A stretch of DNA of 64,000 nt. Source: an uncultured Planctomycetota bacterium (lineage in GTDB: Bacteria > Planctomycetota > Planctomycetia > Isosphaerales > Isosphaeraceae). The translations under genes were made by a program, and so were the position numbers. Within the stretch, counting starts at the first letter, position 1, and each line of letters begins with the position of its first letter. Below are positions 54,689-64,000 of this stretch, piece after piece. The DNA is taken from the NCBI GenBank assembly GCA_963845755.1, contig CAWJTV010000005.1:320001-384000 (forward strand), read 5' to 3'. The notes beneath the pieces were generated by a model, which was not told where the DNA came from, searched no databases, and saw nothing but the letters and a program-made list of their open reading frames with translations.

Positions 54689-55238
54689 CATTCGATATCT
54701 TCGACGGCGGATATTCGATGAAGCCCTAAGGTTCGAAGTGTCAGGCGACACGGAATTCACCCCTTCGACGTGCACTGGACCTCGGGCCGATCCTGATCGA
54801 TGCTGCTCTGGACTCCACCAACCATCGTGGCCGGGAGAAAAGTCTCACGATCCTCCCACCTTTTCCAGCAACTTGGCATTGCGATCGATCGGAAGAATCC
54901 GGTCCAACCTGCGCCCCTCACGCAATTGCCACTTATCTCGCACGATCATCTGCGTCCGGATGTGATGGAACAGGCAATCACGGATCGCCGTGGCTCGCCG
55001 TCGGCGACGGCCTGCTCTCATCGGAGTCGGGGCGTGATGTGTAGGATCTCGGGCATCGAGCTTATTCCTTGTCCTTGGTGATCCTGACGACCCTGGCGTC
55101 CACGACCCGAATGGAACCGTGATCGCCTTTCGTGATGGCAAGGAGGTTGACCGTCTCGTCGGACTTCGACCTGAAGGGGCCTACCGGAAGCTCCTCGTGG
55201 AAGCCGGCGTCTCCTGAGGCAGCAGAAGAGGCCGGTCC

Positions 55239-55317
55239 GGGCGAGCGGGGGGCGACAGACCCCTGTCTTGGAGGTCCGTCGCTCACCGGACAGGGGGCTG
55301 ACGCCCCGCGCTCGCCC
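55239..55317. repeat. REP-like inverted repeat pair
   Basis: GGGCGAGCGGGGGGCGACAGACCCCTGTC ... GACAGGGGGCTGACGCCCCGCGCTCGCCC. Confidence 0.7.
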
Positions 55318-55492
55318 TTCTGGGACAGACTCGAAGAATCCGAGACGTCGAGCGATAACTCACGTAGAGTTCCCTGTGTAAAGCCTGGTTTAGAGATCGG
55401 AGTTTACACTCAAGCTGCGTCGTTTCAGTGTTGTCGACTATGGGCGCACTGGTGATCATCTTGGGCGTTCGAGTAACCGACGAGGCTTCGCG

Positions 55493-55945
55493 ATGAACTC
55501 CAAGTTGGTGAGCAAGTTGGCACCCTGGTGCGTCGTCATATTCGTGATCGGCGGCTGTGGGAGTATTCTCTACCCGCACATTCAAGGAAGCTTGGAGTAC
55601 CGCCGAGAGGTGGCTCCGTTCCACGCCGTAGGCGGATACGTGACCGCCACCGGGGGAGGCGATATGGGCCTCACGGCAGGGAGGGCGGGCATCGCATCAA
55701 TTCGCTTGCCTGAGAGTGTGGGCGATGGGGAACTTGCGGGCTTTGCCGAGCGAATGCAACGTTTCCCCAATCTTCGTGCGCTCTCCCTGTCGGGGCCAAT
55801 GGTGACTGATGCAGGTCTTGCACATCTCGTGGGGCTGGGGCAACTCCAGGAGCTCGTCCTGGATGGAACTCGCGTTACACAGAAGGGGAGGATAAATCTG
55901 GAGCGAGCGCTGCCCAAGCTGAAAATCGATGTGTACGGTCAATAG
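55493..55945 (+). CDS. Small membrane-anchored leucine-rich-repeat protein
   Basis: N-terminal TM; LRALSLSGPMVTDAGLAHL..L..LQELVLDGTRVT..G...L..ALP. Confidence 0.75.
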   Translation: MNSKLVSKLAPWCVVIFVIGGCGSILYPHIQGSLEYRREVAPFHAVGGYVTATGGGDMGLTAGRAGIASIRLPESVGDGELAGFAERMQRFPNLRALSLSGPMVTDAGLAHLVGLGQLQELVLDGTRVTQKGRINLERALPKLKIDVYGQ

Positions 55946-56307
55946 ACCGTTAAACCATAAATCTAGATTTACATTCGCTCGCCTACGCCGCATCGCCAAT
56001 TTATCAAGCCGCCGCTGCATCCGGTAGATGATAGGTGCATCCAGAGAGATTACGCGGAAGAGCTGCGACACGTTGTACTCCAGATCAGCGGCCATCACTC
56101 GTCTTGATGCAGGTTTTTGTGATCCTCGAGCGCTTTACGGTTGGCTCGCCCACGAAGAATGGGTCAGGCACGCGGCGGGCGAATGCGATGGCCGACTTCA
56201 TGGGCCGGGCGGGCCAGGAGCCAGTCCCCTTTCTCCTCTGGGGGAATGCCGGCACTCCGTACGCGATCCCGTCCGGGAGGTGTGATGCCCCGATCGGTGG
56301 GAGGGAT

Positions 56308-56446
56308 CTCGTTCCCACGGTCTCCGTGGGAATGCCGTCTGGGACGCTTTGCGTCCCTCGCGCCTGAGTCCATCTCGCCTCCGCCGGTCGGGTCGGACGA
56401 CGCGGAGCGTCGAGGACGGCATTCCCACGGGGACCGTGGGAACGAG
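56308..56446. repeat. REPIN-like element of two inverted REP units
   Basis: CTCGTTCCCACGGTCTCCGTGGGAATGCCGTC ... GACGGCATTCCCACGGGGACCGTGGGAACGAG, with inner GACGC..GCGTC palindromes. Confidence 0.85.
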
Positions 56447-57032
56447 GGACTCCGGACCCGGGGGTGGTCTCGCACGCAACGTCCCGAAAATCCAGTGGAT
56501 TTCACAGGGTCCTATCGTGAAGTTGACGACTATGCCCTTTCTCCTCCGCCCCTCCTCATGCGAATGCAAAGCGCTCTATTGAGCCGCCATTGAGCCGCTG
56601 ACGCCATTGAGTCGCTGTCATGTCAGTGGAGAGCGGGCGGTACGTAGCCAGGCGGTCCGCCTCGCCAGCATTCCTGGCGTCACCAAATTTGACGAATACC
56701 TCGTTCACCTGGTGCTACCTGCTTGTGACCGTGTTGAGTGCCTGCCCGATGCCGGATCCGGGTCCGGACGTTCGATCTCCGCCGCGTCGTTGCCCGTGTG
56801 GTTCGGCGGCGTTATGATGAGGATACGGACTGGGTACAGGAGAGAGCACTGCGGCCGCCTCTGCACAAGGGTAGTGGGCATTGGAACACAGGAGGGCGAG
56901 CCTCGGTCCGAGCCGCAGTGTGGCGAACGCTAGCCGCAACGCGTCCACTTCCGAGCGAAATCTGGCCTTCTCTCCTCGGCAGAATACTCAGTTCGCCGCC
57001 TGGCGGGGACTTGGGAGTCCCCGGGAGACTCG

Positions 57033-60000
57033 ATGATGAGCCGTGATGACGCCGGACCGGACCGCGACGCGACTCAACCCACCGTCCCGCAGGGTCCGAG
57101 CACCAGTTGCCTCATGGGGGACGCCCCAGCCCACGCGAAGGCCGACGGCCTTGTGGCCGGCGCCGTGCCAACCGCATTCGTCGAGCCAGCGCCCGCATCG
57201 GTCACGAAGGTAACCGGGGGACGAGACTCGCTGGCCGAGACACTCGGCGTCCGTGCGCCGGTCCTGCTGCAAGAGACCGAGGGCGCCGATGAGGCCGATC
57301 CGCCACCTCGGCTGACCTCGAGTGCGGTGCCCGATCTGGCCCAGCGCTCGTCCCGACTGCAACTCTTCGACGAGATCGCCCGCGGCGGTATGGGGGCCGT
57401 CCTCAGGGGCCGTGACATGGATCTGGGGCGGGACCTGGCCGTCAAGGTCCTGCTGGAGAAGCACAGCGGAAGCCCCGACCTGGTACGTCGATTCCTCGAC
57501 GAGGCGCAGATCGCCGGCCAGCTCCAGCACCCGGGCGTCGTGCCGGTTTATGAGATGGGCGTCTTAGCCGACCGGCGGCCTTACTTCGCCATGAAACTGA
57601 TCAAGGGCGCACTCTGGCCGATCTCCTGGCCGCTCGTCGGTCACCGGGCGACGATCGGGCGCGCCTCCTCGGGATCTTCCAGCAGGTGGCCCAGACGGTC
57701 GCCTATGCGCACAGCCGTGGGGTGATCCACAGGGACCTGAAGCCTTCCAACATCATGGTCGGCGGTTTCGGTGAGGTCCAGGTCATGGACTGGGGCCTGG
57801 CCAAGGTCCTGGCGCACGGCGTCATCACCGACGAGCGCCGCGACGGCGCGCGCGATGCGGCCTCGGACACCGTGATCACCACGGCTCGGACAGGCTCGGA
57901 GGCCGATGCCTCGCTCGCCGGCTCGATCCTGGGCACGCCGGCCTACATGGCGCCCGAGCAGGCCCGTGGCGAGGTTGACCGGCTGGACGAGCGATGCGAC
58001 GTGTTCGCGTTGGGTTCGATACTCTGCGAGGTGCTGACCGGCCAGCCGGCCTACACTGGCCGCCATCTCGCCGAAGTCCAGCGCCGAGCGGCCCTCGGCG
58101 ACACGGCCGAGGCATTGGCCCTCCTGGCCGCCAGCGGGACTGACGACGGCCTGATCGGCCTGGCCCGCGACTGCCTGGCTCCCGAGGCCGAGGACCGGCC
58201 GAGGGACGCGGCGGCGGTCGCCGACCGACTGGCGGCCCACCTGTCCGGCGTGCAGGATCGGCTGCGGGCGGCCGAGCTGGACCGGGTCGCAGCGCTGGGC
58301 CGGGCCCGCCTGACCGTCACCCTGGCCGCCTCGGTGCTCACCATCGCCCTGATCGGCGGGGGCGGCTGGGAATGGTTGCGCCGGCAGCGGGCCGCCGGCC
58401 AGGAGCGGACGGCGCGCGAGGTCAATGCCGCACTGGCTGAAGCCTTGGTGCTCCGGGGCCGCGCTCACATCGGGGCGGACGGAGACCCGGCAGGGCTGGA
58501 CCTGGCCCTGGCCGAGGCGCAGTCGGGGCGCGTCGCTGTTGGCCCAAGGGGGTGGTGACGCTGAGCTGCGCGGCCGCGTTCAGTCCCTGGTGGACGGCCT
58601 CGTGCGAGAGCGCGACGAGGCCAAGGCACGGGCCGCCGCGGCGGAGCGGGACCGCCGCATGGCCGACCGACTCGTCGAGATCGAGGCCGACTTCAGTAAC
58701 CATACGGACCGGGCGCGGTTGCACTCGGAACTCGAATCGGCCTTTCGCGAATATGGGCTCGACTTCGTCGCCCTCACCGTCGCCGAGGCCAGGGCAAGGA
58801 TCGCCGGCAGTTCGATCGAAGACTCCCTGATCGATGGCCTTGACCGATGGATTTTCAATGCGAGGGCCACCGGGGATAAGGCCCGAGTGGATCAACTGGT
58901 TGCCGTCGCCGACGTCGCGGATCGCGATCCCTGGCGGAAGTGGCTGCGCACCGCGCTCGGCCGCGGACAGCTCGAGGAACTGCGTCGGCTCGCCGCGACG
59001 GCGGATCTCGAGCGACTGCCCAAGGTGAGCGCCAGTCGCCTCGCATTCGCCTTGAGGTTCAACGACGATGCCGCGTCTGCTGTCGCCCTGTTGCGGAAGG
59101 TCCAGCGACGCAACCGGGGGGACTTCTGGGCAAATTTTGACATGGCCGAGAGCCTGCTCATGATGAGACCGCCATCGATCGAGGAGGCCATCCAGTATTT
59201 CCGGGCCGCGGTCGCCCTCCGACCCCGAGGTGCCATCGGCCTGGAGTTCCTCGGAAGGGCACTGGCAGAGAGTGGGAAGACGGACGAGGGGATCGAGACC
59301 TGCCGTGAGGCAATCCGACTCCAGCCGACCTACTACCTTGCCCGCATGACCCTCGCCAACGTCCTCCGCGGCGCCGGGCAGTTGGAGGATGCGATCGCGG
59401 AATACAAGGAAGTGGTCCGCATGCGGCCCGACGATGCTTGGGTCCACAGGAATCTGGCAGATTTGCTGTACTCGATGCGTCGATACGACGAGGGGATTGA
59501 CGCCTATCGCGAAGTGATCCGCCTCGATCCCCGCTTGTCGGTCCTGGATCGCCGGCTGACAGCGGTCTTCCGCGGCGACGATCGGCCCACTGGAGACGCC
59601 GAACGACTCGAGTTCGCCCATCTCTGCATGATGAAGGGCCTGCACGCGGCGTCCGCCCGTCTCCGCGAGTCCGCCTTCGTGTCCTCGCCGGGACTCGCCA
59701 ACGACTTGAAGACCTATGCCCGCTATAACGGGGCCTGCTCGGCATCCCTGGCCGCCACCGGCCAGGGTCGGGACGACCCGCCGCCCGACAAGGCGGAGCG
59801 GGCCCGGCTGAGGCACCTCGCCCTCGACTGGCTCCGCGCCGACTTATCCGAATGGCAGAGACGGCTTGAGACAAACCCGAAGACCGCCCCGGCGGTTGCG
59901 GGCAATCTTCGGCACTGGCGCTCCGACCCCGACCTAGACGGCGTCCGAGACGCCCAGGCCCTGACCGGCCTGGCCGAGTCCGAGCGCCGTGACTGGCGGG

Positions 60001-60053
60001 CCCTCTGGACCGACGTTAACCGCACGCTGTTGCGAACAGCGAAGAGCCCATAA
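57033..60053 (+). CDS. Hanks-type Ser/Thr kinase with TM and TPR C-terminus (frameshifts near 57607 and 58530)
   Basis: [49 protein letters not shown]; TPRs; RYNGAC and W.ALW tail. Confidence 0.92.
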
Positions 60054-60094
60054 GCGACGTCCCATTTCGGGCTCCCCTCTTCTTCTCATCAGGA

Positions 60095-60961
60095 TTACTC
60101 GCGCGGCGGTTTTCCGGTCCCGGCCTTTCTGATGTGCCGCCAACCCATCGCGACCGCGGTGACGAGATGGCCCGACTTGGGGTGCTCCGGCTCAATGTCG
60201 ACCGGCAAGCCGTGCGCGCGGAGGGTGGCCGAAGTCGTCGGCCCGATCGAGCCAATAACGACATGCTCCGCCATCGCGGCGCGAACGCCGTCCTCGATCC
60301 CCTCGGCCGCCGAGACCTGGAGCACGTGCTCGACCTGCTGGGCCGACGTGAACAGGGCGGCGCCGATGCGGCGTTCGGCGATCTCCGTCAAGGCGGCACG
60401 GAGGGGGCCAGTGTCCTCGGGTAACGCCCATCGGTAGACCGGGACGCGGGTCACCACGGCGCCGCGACGTTCCAGACCCTCGGTCAGCTCGGGGACCGGC
60501 TGACCGTATTCCTGAACGGCGACCCGCAAGCCCGCCACCGGCAGCCGGGCGTCGAGCAAGGCGAGCGTCTCGTGCCAGGTGTTGGGCTCGGGAACCTGGA
60601 AGTCGAGCGAGGCGCCGAGCTCGCGGAGCGCCGCCGCCGGCTTGGGCCCGCGGGCGATCACCTTCGTCTGGCTCAGGGCCTTGGCCCATTCCGCTCTGGG
60701 AAGTCGAGGGCCCAGCGCCTCGGCGAGATACCGCACGCCCACGCCGGTCTCGAAGATCACGACATCGAAGCGACCGGCCAGAAGGCCGTCGGCGAACGAT
60801 CGGGCCTCCACATTATCCCCGAGGGGGACCTCCCGGAGCGCGGGGGCCGCGACGGGGATTCCGCCTTGCCGGGCCACCAGGTCGGCCAGGGCTCCCGCCA
60901 TCCGGGCCTCGAAGATCGCCACGCGCAGACCATCGAACGGGGTCAACGAAGCGGTGCTCAT
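60095..60961 (-). CDS. hemD: Uroporphyrinogen-III synthase
   Basis: GLRVAIFEAR, FETGVG, ARGPKP, VQEYG, PVYRW.LP, FTSAQQV, SIGPTTS. Confidence 0.85.
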   Translation of the reverse strand: MSTASLTPFDGLRVAIFEARMAGALADLVARQGGIPVAAPALREVPLGDNVEARSFADGLLAGRFDVVIFETGVGVRYLAEALGPRLPRAEWAKALSQTKVIARGPKPAAALRELGASLDFQVPEPNTWHETLALLDARLPVAGLRVAVQEYGQPVPELTEGLERRGAVVTRVPVYRWALPEDTGPLRAALTEIAERRIGAALFTSAQQVEHVLQVSAAEGIEDGVRAAMAEHVVIGSIGPTTSATLRAHGLPVDIEPEHPKSGHLVTAVAMGWRHIRKAGTGKPPRE

Positions 60962-61290
60962 GATCGGCAAGCTCACCTCGGTGCATGAGTCGCTCAGCAA
61001 GGAAGGCTCTTGCGACGGCATCGGCATCGCCCAGAGCGGAGCGCGGGACGCGAACGACTGCCACAGCTCGCCCGCCCTCTGACACAAAGATACCCTGCCA
61101 CCCTCGGCTTACGAAAGCCAGCGTTCGGCCCTTATGGGGTGCGCATCGACAATGCGTTGTCGATATCACGGTCGAGTCTAGGAGGGGGCTCTGTCCCCCG
61201 ACCGCAGATCGCCGGACGGAGCCGGCTCCTCGGGGACTGCCCCGCAAAGGTCACTTTTTCGGACGCAGTCGGTCCCGACCACCCACATTG

Positions 61291-63738
61291 CTATTTCGCC
61301 GCCAGTTTGCTCAGGCGGACCAGGCGATTCTTGACGAGATTGCGCGCCACGGCGTTTTCGGGATCACGGGTCGCGGCTTCGCCCGCGGCCTCGAGCGACT
61401 TTCGCTCCCACCCGATCACGGGTTCACCGTCCACGCGATAGGCATATTTCGCTCTTTGAAGATATCCTTCGCTCAGAAGCATGTACGGAGCGGCTTGACC
61501 GGGGTAGGATCGCCTGAGCCGTTCCGCCAGCGCGACCAGACGATCGGCAATCCGGAGGGTCTCGCTGAGTTTGTCGACCTGCCTTTGCCTCGCGAGCGTG
61601 TCCACGTAAGGGATCCACATCTGCCAGACGATTGCGGGAATCTGGGTGTGATCGAGATGAAACGTCGCCGCATCGGTCTTGATCAAGACGATGACACGAT
61701 CCACCCAGGCCTCGTTGGACCGGTCCTCGGGTATGAGCCAATGTGGCCTGACAATCGACGGCAGCCAGCCAATCCGCCTCGCCGCCAATTCAGCGAGGTT
61801 CCATTCCAGATCGGGGATCGGGCCGTTCGCCTGCTGCTGGTAGGCCCCGGATACAGGGCGCTTGAACTCGCCATGCCATTGACCGAGCGCCGCAAGTGTC
61901 AACGCTTCGCTCAGGACGAATCCGGGAAACGCGGTTTCCGCATCCGGTGCGGACCTGAGGAAATCGAGGTCTTTTTCGAACTCCTTCCGCGCGCGCTCAG
62001 AGTCCCCCGCCAACATAAGGCGATTCGCGTACCGACGTTGCCAGCGGCTGACTTCAAACATCCCCCAAACATGGACGTCAGGGGGTGATTTCAATCGGCC
62101 CAGCGTCGCGATCGCTCGGGCGTGCCATTGTTGATAAAGCTGGTCGTTCTTGGAGTCGCTATGATAGGCCATCGCCATCCAGTTGACGTCCGAGAACAAT
62201 CGACTTTGGATCTGCACGTCGTCGGGATTGCGGGCGAGGTATGCCTCGCAATAGCTGATAGATTCCTCCATGAGCGACTTGCCCTCGTCCGGCTTCCCAT
62301 CGCCGAAATAGACTGCAGCGAGATAACCATCGATCGTGGCGAGTCGCTTCAGGTCGCTGGCGTCGGGAGTGGATCGTTTCGAGAGCTCGATTCCCTGCGA
62401 GCGGGCGAGTTCCAGGGTTTTCTCGAGTTCCTGGCCCGAATGGATCGACGAAACATAAATTCGTGAATCGGACATGATCCTGACGATCTCATCCAGCGAT
62501 CGCGCGGCCACTTGGTAATTCGCCTCGGATCGCAACCGCATCGCCTCGGATCGCAACCGCATCGCCTCGGATCGCCGCCACAGCGCGAACAACCCCAGCA
62601 GCCCTCCGAGCACCGTCAACAACAGAGTCGCCGTCAGTGCGGCAACCACGGGTTGACGCCGGCACCAGCGCCAGGCGTGCTCGACCGGGGAAACGGGCCT
62701 CGCCTCGAGCGGTCGGCCTTCGAGGAAGCGGTCCAGGTCGTCCGCCATGGCTTCGGCTGCGGCGTAGCGGCGCGAGGGGTGCTTCTCCAGGCACTTGAGG
62801 GCGATGGTTTCCAGGTCGCGGGGAATCTTCGGATTGAGTCGCCGTGGGGACACGGGATTCTGGCCCCGGACTTGATCCAGCGTTTCCAGCGTTGACGTCC
62901 CCTGGAACGGTGGGCGGCCGGTCAGCAGCTCGTAGAGGATGGCTCCCAGGGCATGAATATCGGCCGCCGCGCCGATGCCGGCTCGGGATGCGGTGGTCTG
63001 CTCGGGCGCCATGTACGAGGGCGTCCCCCGGAGGCCCGCCAGGCTGATCTCCGATGCGTCGAAGTCGCCATGAGAGCGAGCGAGGCTGAAATCCGAGATC
63101 CGGGGAGTCACCCGCTCCCATGGGTCATCGTCCTTGCAGTCCAGGAGGATGTTGGAGGGCTTGAGGTCGAGATGGAGCAGGCCGCAGCCGTGGAGGTGAC
63201 CGACTGCGCGCGCGATGGTCTCCATCAGTCCGGCCGCCACGCGGGGCGGCAGGGGATCGGCGAGTCTTTGCTTGAGTGTGCCGCCGGGGATGTATTCGAG
63301 CACGAGGAAGAAACACCCGTCCGCCTCGCCGTAGTCATAGAGGGGCACGACGTCGGGGTGCCGGATCCTCGATACCGCACGCGCCTCGCGCAGCCAGCGG
63401 CGGCGCGGGCCCGCACTCGCGTCCGGGCCCAGGGCGCCCGGCAGGATCTTGAGGGCGACCAGCCGATCGAGGCCGGTTTCCATCGCCAGGTAGACCACAC
63501 CCATCGCACCGCGGCCCAGCCTGGACTGGATCTCGAAGCCCGGAATGTGCGGCCATCCCTCCGGACCGGGCGCGGCGAGTGTGGCATTGGGGCGCCGATG
63601 GGCGAGCCGTTCCAGGACCGCCTTGCATTCCGGACAGCCCTCGACGTGTGATTCGATCGCGGCGTACGTGGCATCACCGAGGGCATCGGTACCGAGGAAT
63701 CGCAAGGTTGCCTCGCCGGGGCAGGACGTCATGGTCAT
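61291..63738 (-). CDS. Ser/Thr kinase with N-terminal zinc-finger-like motif, TM and helical C-terminus
   Basis: CP...HVEGCPEC; LGRGAMGVVY, VALK, HLDLKPSN, DFS, GTPSYMAPEQ, DLETIALKCLEK. Confidence 0.92.
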   Translation of the reverse strand: MTMTSCPGEATLRFLGTDALGDATYAAIESHVEGCPECKAVLERLAHRRPNATLAAPGPEGWPHIPGFEIQSRLGRGAMGVVYLAMETGLDRLVALKILPGALGPDASAGPRRRWLREARAVSRIRHPDVVPLYDYGEADGCFFLVLEYIPGGTLKQRLADPLPPRVAAGLMETIARAVGHLHGCGLLHLDLKPSNILLDCKDDDPWERVTPRISDFSLARSHGDFDASEISLAGLRGTPSYMAPEQTTASRAGIGAAADIHALGAILYELLTGRPPFQGTSTLETLDQVRGQNPVSPRRLNPKIPRDLETIALKCLEKHPSRRYAAAEAMADDLDRFLEGRPLEARPVSPVEHAWRWCRRQPVVAALTATLLLTVLGGLLGLFALWRRSEAMRLRSEAMRLRSEANYQVAARSLDEIVRIMSDSRIYVSSIHSGQELEKTLELARSQGIELSKRSTPDASDLKRLATIDGYLAAVYFGDGKPDEGKSLMEESISYCEAYLARNPDDVQIQSRLFSDVNWMAMAYHSDSKNDQLYQQWHARAIATLGRLKSPPDVHVWGMFEVSRWQRRYANRLMLAGDSERARKEFEKDLDFLRSAPDAETAFPGFVLSEALTLAALGQWHGEFKRPVSGAYQQQANGPIPDLEWNLAELAARRIGWLPSIVRPHWLIPEDRSNEAWVDRVIVLIKTDAATFHLDHTQIPAIVWQMWIPYVDTLARQRQVDKLSETLRIADRLVALAERLRRSYPGQAAPYMLLSEGYLQRAKYAYRVDGEPVIGWERKSLEAAGEAATRDPENAVARNLVKNRLVRLSKLAAK
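62520..62575. repeat. 21-bp in-frame tandem repeat (about 2.7 copies)
   Basis: TCGCCTCGGATCGCAACCGCA twice plus a partial copy; encodes RSEAMRL repeats. Confidence 0.9.
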
Positions 63739-63762
63739 CAGCCCTCCTCGATCGAATGGCCA

Positions 63763-64000
63763 TCACGAACCGGCCGGCCAGCACTCCGACGCGAGCCGGC
63801 CTTCGTCTCGGAGCATCCGGGCCACCCGCTCCCGGGCGGCGTACACCGCGGCGTGGGTCATCCTCAGGGCCTGGGCAGTCTCTTCCACCGTCCAGTCGCA
63901 GACGGCGACCAGGCGGAACGCGTCCCACGTCCAGGGCTTGACCTTCGCTCTCACCGCCGCCTGGACCTTCTCGGCCTCGTCGAGCAGGAAGCGCCGAAAC
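63763..64000 (-). CDS. ECF sigma factor, region 4 only (5' end outside the window)
   Basis: VRAKVKPWTWDAFRL...VEETAQAL.MT.AAVYAARERV..ML; immediately upstream of the kinase. Confidence 0.75.
   Translation of the reverse strand, partial: FRRFLLDEAEKVQAAVRAKVKPWTWDAFRLVAVCDWTVEETAQALRMTHAAVYAARERVARMLRDEGRLASECWPAGS

Noticed and set aside
55062..55286. 74-aa minus-strand ORF
   Set aside because: Starts inside a REP-like palindrome; at best a gene remnant

Overview
GC-rich 64-kb bacterial window with a strong Planctomycete signature, probably Isosphaeraceae-like. The evidence is an ECF sigma factor with a TIGR03067-type extension, a LExRxLL(S) export motif, Ser/Thr kinase-TPR proteins, an ECF-kinase pair and Bat/VWA genes; the taxon is an inference. 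Left part: GGQ release-factor-like gene, DEAD-box helicase, a batA-batBC...batD cluster interrupted by fdhD and an OFA-type MFS transporter, purEK, purU, two Gfo/Idh/MocA oxidoreductases, ECF sigma, dapL, yebC, a TPR protein and a SWIM-SNF2 helicase. Middle: a ~21.5-kb minus-strand surface-glycan locus (WecA-like, Wzc, ligase-like, FHA/TPR, exosortase, EpsI, gmd, glycosyltransferases, acyltransferase, polymerase-like, FkbM, GT-C-like), bracketed by a mucin-like Ser/Thr-rich secreted protein and a PEP-CTERM protein. Right part: REP-like palindromes, two Ser/Thr kinases, hemD and a truncated ECF sigma. About 16 genes are split by frameshifts, most likely indel errors in the assembly. Most notable unexplained signals: (1) a near-consensus sigma70 promoter with a Fur-like palindrome driving a highly structured, apparently non-coding region at 24.1-24.6 kb; (2) recurrent 7-bp degenerate tandem arrays, often in inverted pairs, at gene junctions; (3) a possible exosortase-coupled protein glycosylation system. 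No rRNA, tRNA, CRISPR array or transposase was recognised. All calls come from reading motifs by eye; no searches were run.
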